24,000 nucleotides of DNA from the NCBI GenBank assembly GCA_024304885.1, contig JALJOM010000003.1, positions 382,110 through 406,109 of the forward strand, written 5' to 3'. The translations under genes and the position numbers were made by a program. The DNA comes from Beijerinckiaceae bacterium. GTDB lineage: Bacteria; Pseudomonadota; Alphaproteobacteria; Rhizobiales; Beijerinckiaceae. The notes under the pieces were generated by a model. It ran no database searches. It was not told the origin of the DNA and saw only the letters and a list, made by a program, of their open reading frames with translations. Positions 15,422-24,000 of the stretch are shown here, piece by piece. Every line of letters begins with the position of its first letter. The first letter of the stretch is position 1.

Positions 15422-16660
15422 ATGTCCGCCGAGCCCAAAGACATCAAGAAAGTGATCCTCGCCTATTCGGGCGGCCTCGATACCTCGATCATCCTCAAAT
15501 GGCTGCAGACCACCTATGGCTGCGAGGTCGTGACCTTCACCGCCGATCTCGGCCAAGGCGAGGAGCTTTCGCCCGCCCGCGAGAAGGCGATCTTGCTCGG
15601 GATCAAGCCGGAAAACATCTTCATCGAGGATCTGCGCGAGGAATTCGTCCGCGACTACGTCTTCCCGATGTTTCGCGCCAATGCCCAATACGAGGGGCTC
15701 TATCTTCTCGGCACCTCGATCGCGCGCCCGCTCATCGCGAAAAAGCAGATCGAGATCGCCCGCAAGACCGGGGCGGACGCCGTTGCCCATGGCGCGACCG
15801 GCAAGGGCAACGACCAGGTTCGCTTCGAGCTCTCCTATTATGCCCTGGAGCCGGACATCAAGGTGATCGCCCCCTGGCGCGAATGGGATCTCGCGTCACG
15901 CACCGCGCTCCTCGAGTTCGCCGAGAAGCACCAGATCCCGATCGCCAAGGACAAGCGCGGCGAGGCGCCCTTCTCGGTCGATGCCAACCTCCTGCATTGC
16001 TCCTCCGAGGGCAAGGTGCTGGAGGACCCGGCCCAGGAGGTGCCGGACTATGTCTACTCGCGCACCCTCGATCCCGAGAAGGCGCCGGATGCGCCGACCT
16101 ATATCGAGGTGGATTTCGAGAAGGGCGACGCGGTCGGAATCGATGGCGAGCCGCTTTCCCCCGCGACATTGCTGGCCAAGCTCAACGAGCTCGGCCGCGC
16201 CAACGGAATCGGAAGGCTCGATCTCGTCGAGAATCGCTTCGTCGGGATGAAGTCGCGCGGCATGTACGAGACGCCGGGCGGCACGATCCTTCTCGTCGCG
16301 CATCGCGGCATCGAGCAGATCACGCTCGATCGCGGCGCGGCGCATCTGAAGGACGAGCTGATGCCGAAATATGCCGAGCTCATCTACAACGGGTTCTGGT
16401 TCTCGCCCGAGCGCGAGATGCTGCAGGCCGCAATCGATCATAGCCAAGCCTATGTGACCGGCCGCGTGCGGTTGAAGCTCTACAAGGGATCGGTCGGCGT
16501 GGTCGGGCGGTCGAGCCCCTATTCCCTCTATGACCAGGATCTCGTGACCTTCGAGGAAGGCGCGGTCGCCTACGACCATCGCGACGCGGCGGGTTTCATC
16601 AAGCTCAATGCGCTCAGGCTGCGCACGCTCGGCAAGCGCGCACGCAAGGTGGCCGGGTAG
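15422..16660 (+). CDS. argG: Argininosuccinate synthase
   Basis: ORF track 15422..16660. Recognisable stretches are [20 protein letters not shown]...TADLGQGEE...[13 protein letters not shown]... Confidence 0.95.
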   Translation: MSAEPKDIKKVILAYSGGLDTSIILKWLQTTYGCEVVTFTADLGQGEELSPAREKAILLGIKPENIFIEDLREEFVRDYVFPMFRANAQYEGLYLLGTSIARPLIAKKQIEIARKTGADAVAHGATGKGNDQVRFELSYYALEPDIKVIAPWREWDLASRTALLEFAEKHQIPIAKDKRGEAPFSVDANLLHCSSEGKVLEDPAQEVPDYVYSRTLDPEKAPDAPTYIEVDFEKGDAVGIDGEPLSPATLLAKLNELGRANGIGRLDLVENRFVGMKSRGMYETPGGTILLVAHRGIEQITLDRGAAHLKDELMPKYAELIYNGFWFSPEREMLQAAIDHSQAYVTGRVRLKLYKGSVGVVGRSSPYSLYDQDLVTFEEGAVAYDHRDAAGFIKLNALRLRTLGKRARKVAG

Positions 16661-16763
16661 GATCGCCCGATCTGTAGAATTCTAGCGAGTGAGGCACCGG
16701 TCGCTCGAGCTTTTTCCTCCACATTGTGCCTGTCTTTGCGATCGATCGGGCGGGAATGGTTCC

Positions 16764-17072
16764 ATGTGGAAGAGAAGCATCATCCGGGTCGCGCTTTCCG
16801 TGGTGATCTCGAGCGTCGCGCACGTCGGGCAGATGTCGTTCGGGCATGCTCAGGTCCAAGGCCTCGACACACCGAATCGCGCCGATTGCCCCGGCGGCTT
16901 TGTCGAGGGCCTCGGCTGTAGCCGCCCCCGTCCGGTCGGGCCCGGCATCCAGGACAGCGACCAGGGCTGGCAACGCGATTGGCGCGATTTCGGAGCGGGG
17001 GATCCGGGCTTGTCGATCATCTACGGCGACGAGGGCGGGCCGCGTCGGTTCCGTCCGCGGTTCCGCGACTAG
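16764..17072 (+). CDS. Small exported Arg/Asp/Gly/Trp-rich protein, paralogue 1
   Basis: ORF track 16689..17072, with an internal ATG at 16764. The signal-like N-terminus is MWKRSIIRVALSVVISSVAHVGQMSFGHAQ. It shares its 5' leader (atcgatcggg...tccATGtgg), the AQ.(F)VQGLD motif, a Cys pair and the W.R[DE]WRDF motif with paralogue 2. Third codon positions are G/C-rich. Confidence 0.5.
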   Translation: MWKRSIIRVALSVVISSVAHVGQMSFGHAQVQGLDTPNRADCPGGFVEGLGCSRPRPVGPGIQDSDQGWQRDWRDFGAGDPGLSIIYGDEGGPRRFRPRFRD

Positions 17073-17206
17073 AGCGCGTTCCAGCGAAGCGACCATGCGC
17101 CACGCCGCGCAGATGTGTTGGATTTTAACGATGCGTGCGCGGCTCGGTTGAGCCTTTTTCGCCAGGATCGACGCTTTCTCGCGAATCGATCGGGGGGCGC
17201 AAATCC

Positions 17207-17671
17207 ATGTGGGGACAAAGCATCGTGGGGCTCGTGCTCGGTGCCGCGATCGGCGGCATCGCTCTCGTCGGTCCGGTCTCGTGCCGGGACGCCGTCGCCC
17301 AAGGCTTCGTCCAAGGCCTCGACGATCTCGGTCGATCGTGGCAAGACCGCGGTCGCGATCATCGGGACGCTTCGAGAGACTGGAGCGACCGGGACGGATG
17401 CCGTGGGGGCGCCGGCCTCGACTGCGACGGAAGACGCCATCGCCGAGACCACCGCGATGCCGACCACGGCGATCGCTGGCGGCACGAGTGGCGCGATTTC
17501 GACTCCCGTCATTCGCGCGGCTGGGGTCCAGGCGATGGGGGCGGAAGCGATGCGCGGGGTCGGTGGCATCGCGGACCCGGCGGCTTCGAGCCTCCCCTTC
17601 GCGACTACGGCGGGGGCGATTTCGACGGCGCGCCGCGCGGCATGGGCCTGCCCTACTGGGCTCCCGATTGA
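17207..17671 (+). CDS. Small exported/anchored Arg/Asp/His/Gly/Trp-rich protein, paralogue 2
   Basis: ORF track 17135..17671, with an internal ATG at 17207. MWGQSIVGLVLGAAIGGIALVGPV is followed by ...RDHRDASRDWSDRDGCRGGAGLDCDGRRHRRDHRDADHGDRWRHEWRDFD... Third codon positions are G/C-rich. Confidence 0.5.
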   Translation: MWGQSIVGLVLGAAIGGIALVGPVSCRDAVAQGFVQGLDDLGRSWQDRGRDHRDASRDWSDRDGCRGGAGLDCDGRRHRRDHRDADHGDRWRHEWRDFDSRHSRGWGPGDGGGSDARGRWHRGPGGFEPPLRDYGGGDFDGAPRGMGLPYWAPD

Positions 17672-17745
17672 GCAAGCGCCGAGCGTCCTCAGCTCCTGTT
17701 CATCTTCGTGCCTGTAACACCGCGCCCGAGCGACAGGAGCAAGAC

Positions 17746-18210
17746 ATGAAGATCGCAGCGAGTGCCGTCATCGGGCTCTCGATCCTATTGGGCGTGGGCG
17801 GCGCGGATACCGCTCGCGCGATGGCGGCGAGCCGAGGATCCGGCGCGACCATGGCCGAAGTGCCTCTGCCGCTCGAGCCGGCCCAATATGATTGGGGCGG
17901 GCAGCCCTATTGCTGGTATTTCGAGGGCTGGCGGGGACCCGGCTGGTATCGCTGCGGCAATCCTTGGCGGCGCGGCTATGGCTGGGGCGGCGGCCACGGC
18001 TGGCGCGGCTGGGACGTGCCGGGCTGGCGCGGCGAGCACCATGGCCGCCGCCGCGACTGGGACGACCGCGGACGCCGGCACGATTGGGACGACAGGGGCC
18101 GTGGACGACGCGACTGGGGCGACGACGGGCACGGTCGGCGCGGGGGATGGGGCGGCGGCGACGACGGCGATCGGCGGGGCAGAGGCAGAGGCCGCGACGA
18201 GGACGGCTAA
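17746..18210 (+). CDS. Small exported Trp/Gly/Arg/Asp-rich protein
   Basis: It is in frame within ORF 17209..18210. The ATG at 17746 is preceded by AGGAG (17735-17739). The signal peptide is MKIAASAVIGLSILLGVGGADTARA. Then comes YDWGGQPYCWYFEGWRGPGWYRCGNPWRRGYGWGGGHGWRGW and a DW(D/G)D.G..RR repeat tail. A hairpin terminator follows. Confidence 0.6.
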   Translation: MKIAASAVIGLSILLGVGGADTARAMAASRGSGATMAEVPLPLEPAQYDWGGQPYCWYFEGWRGPGWYRCGNPWRRGYGWGGGHGWRGWDVPGWRGEHHGRRRDWDDRGRRHDWDDRGRGRRDWGDDGHGRRGGWGGGDDGDRRGRGRGRDEDG

Positions 18211-18231
18211 GAGGCCCGACGGCAAAGCGAA

Positions 18232-18268
18232 GGCCCCGATGCACAGGGCATGCGGGGCCGGGTTTTCG
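18232..18268 (+). terminator. Putative intrinsic terminator
   Basis: The stem is ggccccg(atgc)-acaggg-(gcat)gcggggcc, followed by gggttttcgc. It begins 22 nt after the stop at 18208-18210. Confidence 0.5.
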
Positions 18269-18664
18269 CTATCTTGCGAAATGCTGGTTGTGGACGACCA
18301 GCCATGTTTCGAAGCCGAACGCGCGTGGCCTTTGCTTGTTCGTGCTTCCGTCTGACTTCCCGAGCTATCGGCGGCGCGTCTCGAAAATCAGCGCTCAATT
18401 CTTCCGACGCACCGTGACCCTGCAGCACGCACGGGTCGATCGTTTTGCCCCGGTGGCGTCATGCTCCTCTCGATTCTGTTCCAAACAGCTGGCCACTGAG
18501 AGAGCCGGCCAGCAGCTCTCGTCGCCCTCTATCGAGGTCCCGCTCGAGGGGCTCGCCGTGAACATGGACCGCGCCATGGTTTCACGGCTTCCGAGACCAT
18601 AAAGGTGGACCCGCACCCCTTGTTGGTCAAGTGAAAAAACCAGCCTGCGACATTCTCGACCGGT

Positions 18665-19645
18665 TCAGAAACGTGTCCGTTCGTGCGCTTTTTCCATCGC
18701 GCCGTACTTGCGCTTCCAATCCGCTGGGTTCAGCGCCTGGCGCGGCTCGGTCCAGATCTCGGCACGCCGATAGCCTTGCACGAAAAGGAGCGCGGTGAGA
18801 TCGGCGCGATCGATCCGCGCCTGCGCCGCGGCGGCGACGATGGGCTTCGCATGATAGGCGATGCCGAGACCGGCCTCCTGCAGCATGGCGAGATCATTGG
18901 CGCCGTCGCCGACCGCGAGCGTCTCCGCGGCGGCGAGCGCCAGCCGCTCACGGGTCTCGATCAAGGCGTCGAGCTTCGCGGCCTTGCCGAGGATCGGCTC
19001 CGCCACGCGGCCTTCGAGCTTGTCGTTTGCGCCGACGAGGAGCCTGTTCGCGCGATGCTCGTGGAAGCCGAGCTTCTCGGCGACGGCTCCGGTGAAGAGC
19101 GTGAAGCCGCCGGAGACGAGCACGCAATGCGCGCCGTCGCGCCGCATGGTCTGGACGAGGGCGCGGCCTCCCGGCGTGAGCGTGATCTTTCGCGCGAGGA
19201 CCCGCGAGACGACCGCGACGGGCAAGCCTTCCAGCACGGCGACGCGCTCGCGGAGCGCCGGCTCGAACTCGATCTCGCCGCGCATGGCGCGTTCGGTGAT
19301 CGCCGCGACGAGATCCTTCTTGCCGATCTCGGCGGCGAGCTCGTCGATACATTCCTGGCCGATCATGGTCGAATCCATGTCGGCGAGCAGCAGCTTCTTG
19401 CGCCGTCCCTCCGCGCCCTGGACGACGACATCGATCGCCGCCGATCCGAGCCTGCCGCGCAGCCGGTCGGCGATCGCACGGGCGTCGGCGCCGGGCTCTG
19501 GCGTGAACGGCAGATCGACCGCTATGCCCATGTCGAGCCACGAGGGCTCGGAGGCCTGCGGCAATGCCTGATGCGCCAGCCGGACCACGTCCTGCGTGAT
19601 CAGCGGAAAGCTCGGGTTGCAGACGAGGGTCGCGACATGGGTCAT
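18665..19645 (-). CDS. serB: Phosphoserine phosphatase SerB
   Basis: ORF track 18665..19681; the likely ATG is at 19645 (MTHVATLVCNP...). KKLLLADMDSTMIGQECIDELA is HAD motif I (DxDST), and ...VGDGANDLAML... is motif III. Confidence 0.85.
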   Translation of the reverse strand: MTHVATLVCNPSFPLITQDVVRLAHQALPQASEPSWLDMGIAVDLPFTPEPGADARAIADRLRGRLGSAAIDVVVQGAEGRRKKLLLADMDSTMIGQECIDELAAEIGKKDLVAAITERAMRGEIEFEPALRERVAVLEGLPVAVVSRVLARKITLTPGGRALVQTMRRDGAHCVLVSGGFTLFTGAVAEKLGFHEHRANRLLVGANDKLEGRVAEPILGKAAKLDALIETRERLALAAAETLAVGDGANDLAMLQEAGLGIAYHAKPIVAAAAQARIDRADLTALLFVQGYRRAEIWTEPRQALNPADWKRKYGAMEKAHERTRF

Positions 19646-19743
19646 GAGTTGTCTCGCGGAGGGCGGCTCGGTTTCACCCATGCGGCCGGATTCGCCGGGC
19701 CATCTTCGCCTCGAGGGGAACGATGCCGCCCCGCGGTACGCGC

Positions 19744-20064
19744 CTAAATTTCGACCTTCTCGCCGGCCTTGGACCAGCCGTCGAAGCCGCCGGGATAATG
19801 CGCCGTCACGTCGGTGCGGCCGGCCGCCTGCGCGAGCTCCAGCGCCTTGAGCGAGCGGTTGCCGGCCCGGCAGGAAAACACCACGCGCTTGCCGGGCTCG
19901 GAGGGGATCGCCTTCGGGTCGAACTTCTGCAGGGGGTTGAGGATCGCTCCGGGAATGTGCCCGGCATTGAACTCGTTGGGCTCGCGCACGTCGACGAGGA
20001 TGACCGTGCCGTCGGCGAGCCCCTGCTTCAGATCCTCGATGGAGACATTTTCGACTTTTGCCAT
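19744..20064 (-). CDS. Single-domain rhodanese-like sulfurtransferase
   Basis: ORF track 19744..20064. It contains ...LVDVREPNEFNAGHIPGA...VVFSCRAGNRS, and CRAGNRS is the active-site loop. Confidence 0.85.
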   Translation of the reverse strand: MAKVENVSIEDLKQGLADGTVILVDVREPNEFNAGHIPGAILNPLQKFDPKAIPSEPGKRVVFSCRAGNRSLKALELAQAAGRTDVTAHYPGGFDGWSKAGEKVEI

Positions 20065-20115
20065 GATCCTCGCCCTCGATGAGCCGACGCCGAGCTGCGG
20101 CGATGCGGCCGCTCC

Positions 20116-20757
20116 CTATAGCAAACGTGACGCCTGCGCCGCCAGCGCCTCCGCGGCGAGGAGATCTTCCGGCTCGTTTGCATTGAAGAACGGGTCATAG
20201 GGCTCGATCGGCCATTCCACCTGCGCGGACGCATACCGTTCCGTGAATGCGCCCATCTTGCGTAAGCCCTCCTCGACCAGAGCCCGGCGCAAAGCGTGCC
20301 GCATCTCGACCGGCCAGAGCGTGACGACCGGATGATCGCGTCCGCCCGAGCAAGCGAAAGCGATCCCGGCCCCTTGCTCGGCACGCGCGGCGTCGAGGCG
20401 CGACACGAGATCCGACGGCAGGAAGGGCGTATCCGTCGGCACGCTGACCGCACGCGCCACCTCGGGATGATGAGCGGCGATCCAATCGAGGCCGGCGAGG
20501 ATGCCGGCGAGCGGGCCTTGGAACCCCGGCAGATCATCGGCGACCACGGGAAGGCCGAGATCGGCGAAGCGGGAGGGATCGCCGTTGGCGTTCAGCACGA
20601 GGCCGACGCATTGCGCCTGCATCACCGCGACGACGCGGGAGAGGATCGAGGCGCCCCCCACCGGCCGCAGGCCCTTGTCCCCGCCCCCCATCCGGCGGGC
20701 GAGGCCTCCCGCGAGCAGGATTCCATAGCAGGCTCCAGGCATCGATCTCGCCGGCAT
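20116..20757 (-). CDS. mobA: Molybdenum cofactor guanylyltransferase MobA
   Basis: ORF track 20116..20757. GILLAGGLARRMGGGDKGL is the MobA N-terminal signature. The gene is immediately downstream of fdsA. Confidence 0.85.
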   Translation of the reverse strand: MPARSMPGACYGILLAGGLARRMGGGDKGLRPVGGASILSRVVAVMQAQCVGLVLNANGDPSRFADLGLPVVADDLPGFQGPLAGILAGLDWIAAHHPEVARAVSVPTDTPFLPSDLVSRLDAARAEQGAGIAFACSGGRDHPVVTLWPVEMRHALRRALVEEGLRKMGAFTERYASAQVEWPIEPYDPFFNANEPEDLLAAEALAAQASRLL

Positions 20758-20787
20758 CGGCCCGAGCGTCGGCTCGGGCCACGCACC

Positions 20788-23556
20788 TTATTCCGCCGCC
20801 TCGCGCGCCTCGGCCCGCGTGACGCGCACCGCGCAGAACTTGAACTCGGGAATCTTGCCGAACGGGTCGAGCGCGGGGTTGGTGAGGAGGTTCGCCGCGG
20901 CCTCGGCGTAGCAGAAGGGCATGAAGACCATGTTCTCCGGCACGTCTCGGTCGGCACGGACCTTCACCTCGACCGCGCCGCGCCGCGTGTCGAGCCGGAC
21001 GAAGTCCCCCGCCCAGAGATTGAGGCGGCGCAGATCCTTCGGCGAGAAGAAGGCGACGGCCTCGGGCTCCAGCGTGTCCAGCACGTTGGCGCGCCGTGTC
21101 ATCGAGCCCGTGTGCCAATGCTCGAGCAGGCGGCCGGTCGTCAGCACCATGGGGAAGTCGGCATCCGGCAGCTCGTCGGGTGCAACCACCTGCGCGGGGA
21201 CGATCTTGCCGCGGCCGGACTCGGTCGGGTAGCCGGTCGTGAAGATGATCTCGTTGCCGGGCCCGTCGGTCGTATCGACCGGATAGGTGACCGCACCCTC
21301 GCGCTCGAGCCGCTCCCAGCTGATGTTGGCGAGCGAGGGCATGGTGCTCGCCATCTCGGTATAGACCTCGGCCGGACCGGAATAGTTCCAGTCGAGGCCC
21401 ATGCGCTTCGCGATCTCCTGGATGATCCAGAGATCCTGGCGGGCGTCGCCGGGCGGGGGGACCACCTGGCGCGCCAGCTGGACGCGCCGGTCGGTGTTGG
21501 TGAAGGTGCCGGATTTCTCGGCGAAGGCCGAGGCCGGCAAGATGACATCCGCGTGGTAGGCAGTCTCGGTCACGAAGAGATCCTGCACCACGAGATGCTC
21601 GAGCTTGGCGAGCGCCTGGCGGGCATGCTGGAGATCCGGATCCGACATGGCCGGATTCTCGCCCTCCACATAGAGGCCGGTGATCGTGCTCTCGTGGATC
21701 GCATCCATGATCTCGACCACGGTGAGCCCGCGGACCGGATCGAGCTTCGCGTTCCACAACTTCTCGATGGGCTCGCGCAGATCGGTGCGCCCGACCGGCT
21801 GGTAGTCGGGCAGGAACATCGGGATGAGGCCCGCGTCCGAGGCACCTTGTACGTTGTTTTGCCCACGCAGGGGATGCAAGCCCGTGCCCGGCCGGCCGAT
21901 CTGGCCGGTGATGAGGGCGAGCGCGATCAGGCAGCGCGAGTTGTCCGTCCCGTGGATATGCTGGCTGATCCCCATCCCCCAGAAAATAATGGAGGATTTC
22001 GCCGTCGCGTAGAGCCGCGCGACCTCGCGCAGCGTCTCCGCCGGGATGCCGCAGATCGGCGCCATCCTCTCCGGCGGGAACTCCTGGATTTTCGCCTTCA
22101 GCTCCTCGAAGCCTTCCGTGTAGCCGGCGATATATTGCTCGTCGGTCAACCCCTCGACAATGATCGTGTGGATCATCGCATTGAGCATGGCGACGTCGCT
22201 GCCGGGCTTGAAGGCGAGATGACGATAGGCGTGGCGCGACAAGGTTTGCCCACGCGGATCCATGACGATGAGCTTTGCGCCCTTTTTCGCGGCGTTCTTG
22301 AAGAAGGTCGCGGCGACCGGATGGTTGACCGTCGGGTTGGCGCCGATGACGATGATGACCTCGGCCTCGAGCGCCGCCGAGAACGGGGCCGAGACCGCGC
22401 CCGAGTTCAGGCCCTCGACGAGCGCGGCGACCGAGGAGGCGTGGCAGAGCCTGGTGCAATGATCGACATTGTTGGAGCCGAAGCCGGTGCGCACGAGCTT
22501 CTGGAAGAGATAGGCCTCCTCGTTCGAGCCCTTCGCCGAGCCGAACCCCGCGAGCGCCTTCGGTCCTTTCTCGTCGCGAATCTTCACGAGGCCGCGCGCG
22601 GCGACGTCGAGTGCTTCCTCCCATGTGGCTTCGCGGAAATGGGTGAAGGGATTGGCCGGATCGACCTGGTCGTTCGCGTCCTTCCGGGCGTTGGCCAAGC
22701 GGATCAGCGGCTTCGTGAGCCGATGCGGGTGGTGGATATAGTCGAAGCCGAACCGACCCTTGACGCAGAGGCGGTTGTGGTTGGCGGGGCCGTCGCGTCC
22801 TTCGGCGTAGATGATCTGCTCGTCCTTGACCTGGTAGCTCACCTGGCAGCCGACACCACAGAAGGGGCAGAGCGAATCCACCGTGCGGTCGGCATAGACG
22901 ACCCGCGCCTGGTGCTCGTCGAGGAGCGCGGCCGGCATCAGGGCGCCGGTCGGGCAGGCCTGGACACATTCGCCGCAGGCGACGCAGGTGGATTCTCCCA
23001 TGGGGTCGTCGAAATCGAAGACGATCTTGGCGTCGGCGTTGCGATAGGCCATGCCGATGACGTCGTTGACCTGGACCTCGCGACAGGCGCGCACGCAGAG
23101 CCCACATTGGATGCAGGCATCGAGGTTGACGCGCATCGCGGTGTGGCTCGCGTCGCCGATCCAGCGCGCCGAGGCCGGGAAGCGGCTCGTATGGACCTCG
23201 ACCTTGTTGGCCCAATGCCAGAACTTCGAATCGGGGTCGTGGGCGGTCTCGCGCGCCGGCTGATCGGCGACGAGGAGCTCCATCACCATCTTGCGGGCCT
23301 GCGTCGCGCGCGGGCTCGCGACCTTCACCTTCATGCCCATGGCGGGGGTGCGCTTGCAGGAGGCGGCGAGGACCCGCTCCCCCTCGATCTCGACCATGCA
23401 GGCGCGGCAATTGCCGTCGGGCCTGTAATCGGGTTGCGGCGAGTAGCAAAGATGCGGGATGTCGGTGCCCACGCGCTTGGCGACCTGCCAGATCGTCTCG
23501 CCTGGGCTCGCCTCGACTTGCTGTCCGTCGAGCTCGAACAGGATCTTGTCGCTCAT
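20788..23556 (-). CDS. fdsA: NAD-dependent formate dehydrogenase, alpha (molybdopterin) subunit
   Basis: ORF track 20788..23754, with an internal ATG at 23556 (MSDKILFELDGQQVEASPGETIWQVAK...). It has N-terminal 2Fe-2S and 4Fe-4S Cys clusters followed by a molybdopterin oxidoreductase body. There is an ATGA overlap with the upstream fdsB. Confidence 0.93.
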   Translation of the reverse strand: MSDKILFELDGQQVEASPGETIWQVAKRVGTDIPHLCYSPQPDYRPDGNCRACMVEIEGERVLAASCKRTPAMGMKVKVASPRATQARKMVMELLVADQPARETAHDPDSKFWHWANKVEVHTSRFPASARWIGDASHTAMRVNLDACIQCGLCVRACREVQVNDVIGMAYRNADAKIVFDFDDPMGESTCVACGECVQACPTGALMPAALLDEHQARVVYADRTVDSLCPFCGVGCQVSYQVKDEQIIYAEGRDGPANHNRLCVKGRFGFDYIHHPHRLTKPLIRLANARKDANDQVDPANPFTHFREATWEEALDVAARGLVKIRDEKGPKALAGFGSAKGSNEEAYLFQKLVRTGFGSNNVDHCTRLCHASSVAALVEGLNSGAVSAPFSAALEAEVIIVIGANPTVNHPVAATFFKNAAKKGAKLIVMDPRGQTLSRHAYRHLAFKPGSDVAMLNAMIHTIIVEGLTDEQYIAGYTEGFEELKAKIQEFPPERMAPICGIPAETLREVARLYATAKSSIIFWGMGISQHIHGTDNSRCLIALALITGQIGRPGTGLHPLRGQNNVQGASDAGLIPMFLPDYQPVGRTDLREPIEKLWNAKLDPVRGLTVVEIMDAIHESTITGLYVEGENPAMSDPDLQHARQALAKLEHLVVQDLFVTETAYHADVILPASAFAEKSGTFTNTDRRVQLARQVVPPPGDARQDLWIIQEIAKRMGLDWNYSGPAEVYTEMASTMPSLANISWERLEREGAVTYPVDTTDGPGNEIIFTTGYPTESGRGKIVPAQVVAPDELPDADFPMVLTTGRLLEHWHTGSMTRRANVLDTLEPEAVAFFSPKDLRRLNLWAGDFVRLDTRRGAVEVKVRADRDVPENMVFMPFCYAEAAANLLTNPALDPFGKIPEFKFCAVRVTRAEAREAAE

Positions 23557-24000
23557 TCGGCGGCTCCCTTGGCTCCGAATTCTTCCGGAAAATACTTGAT
23601 GACGGTGGTCACCGGATTGGACGCGGCTTGGCCGAGCCCGCAGATCGAGGCGTCTCTCATGCACTGGGCGAGCTCCTCGAGCAGGCCCTGGTCCCATTCC
23701 GGCCGGTCCATCAAGGCGACGGCCTTCTGCGTCCCGACCCGGCAGGGCGTGCACTGGCCGCAGCTCTCGTCCTCGAAGAACCGCATCAGGTTCAAGGCGG
23801 CGCCCTTGATATCGTCCTTGTCCGACAAGACGACGATCGCGGCCGAGCCGATGAAGCAGCCGTATTTTTCGAGCGTGCCGAAGTCGAGCGGGATATCGTC
23901 CATGGCGGCCGGCAGGATGCCGCCCGAGGCGCCTCCCGGCAGATAGGCGCGGAAAGTGTGGCCCTCGGCCATGCCGCCGCAGAATTCCTCGATCAGCTCG
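23553..24000 (-). CDS. fdsB: NAD-dependent formate dehydrogenase beta subunit (NuoF-like), C-terminal part; 5' end lies outside the window
   Basis: ORF track 23553..23972, and the frame stays open to the window edge. EDESCGQCTPCRVGT is the NuoF-type 4Fe-4S motif. Confidence 0.85.
   Translation of the reverse strand, partial: ELIEEFCGGMAEGHTFRAYLPGGASGGILPAAMDDIPLDFGTLEKYGCFIGSAAIVVLSDKDDIKGAALNLMRFFEDESCGQCTPCRVGTQKAVALMDRPEWDQGLLEELAQCMRDASICGLGQAASNPVTTVIKYFPEEFGAKGAAE

Noticed and set aside
16614-18244. Minus-strand ORFs (353 aa at 16614..17675, 166 aa at 17069..17569, 146-158 aa at 17768..18244) as alternatives to the secreted trio
   Set aside because: They have no signal peptide, RBS or terminator logic, and their translations are R/P/A-rich. 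The plus-strand frames have signal peptides, shared leaders, an AGGAG RBS and a terminator. This remains the main caveat on those three calls.
20788-23556. Possible selenocysteine (in-frame TGA) in fdsA
   Set aside because: The 922-codon frame is uninterrupted, so this is a Cys-type rather than a Sec-type formate dehydrogenase.
20296-23946. 1216-aa plus-strand ORF and 971-aa minus-strand ORF (20534..23449) over the fdsA region
   Set aside because: They are antisense to or off-frame from an unmistakable formate dehydrogenase alpha subunit and MobA. Their composition is low-complexity R/G/A/D/E.
1-24000. CRISPR arrays, rRNA/tRNA genes and IS elements
   Set aside because: There are no regularly spaced direct repeats, no rRNA- or tRNA-like conserved motifs and no transposase-like ORFs. 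The only repeats are the short palindromic intergenic elements reported above.

Overview
This looks like a high-GC (about 65-70% by eye) chromosomal segment, probably from an alphaproteobacterium of the Rhizobiales type; that placement is inferred from gene content, synteny and the intergenic repeat style. Most of the window is housekeeping: a partial regB/actS-type sensor kinase, intracellular PHB depolymerase, YgjP-like metallohydrolase, secB, a ThiE-like protein, a Sel1-repeat exported protein, ubiE-ubiB, an FAD monooxygenase, aroC, argG, serB, a rhodanese, mobA, and NAD-dependent formate dehydrogenase fdsA plus the 3' part of fdsB. I think four things deserve attention. (1) An AT-rich islet (about 12850-14900) lies between aroC and argG. 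It carries a higBA-type toxin-antitoxin pair and a gene whose nucleoside-2-deoxyribosyltransferase/TIR-like domain is separated by one in-frame TAA from two tandem ribosomal L7/L12-CTD-like modules. I cannot place that architecture in any described system. (2) A decayed TIR-like/STAND-NTPase gene (about 5990-6791) has an ochre codon, an exactly in-frame 90-nt palindromic element insertion, a frameshift and a truncation. (3) Three tandem genes (16764-18210) encode signal-peptide-bearing, extremely Arg/Asp/Gly/Trp/His-rich small proteins. (4) A family of CTAG/CTCGAG-bounded palindromic intergenic elements repeatedly supplies or overlaps the stop codons of neighbouring genes. I saw no tRNA, rRNA, CRISPR array, transposase or integrase. 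All family assignments come from motif recognition by eye, with no database search.
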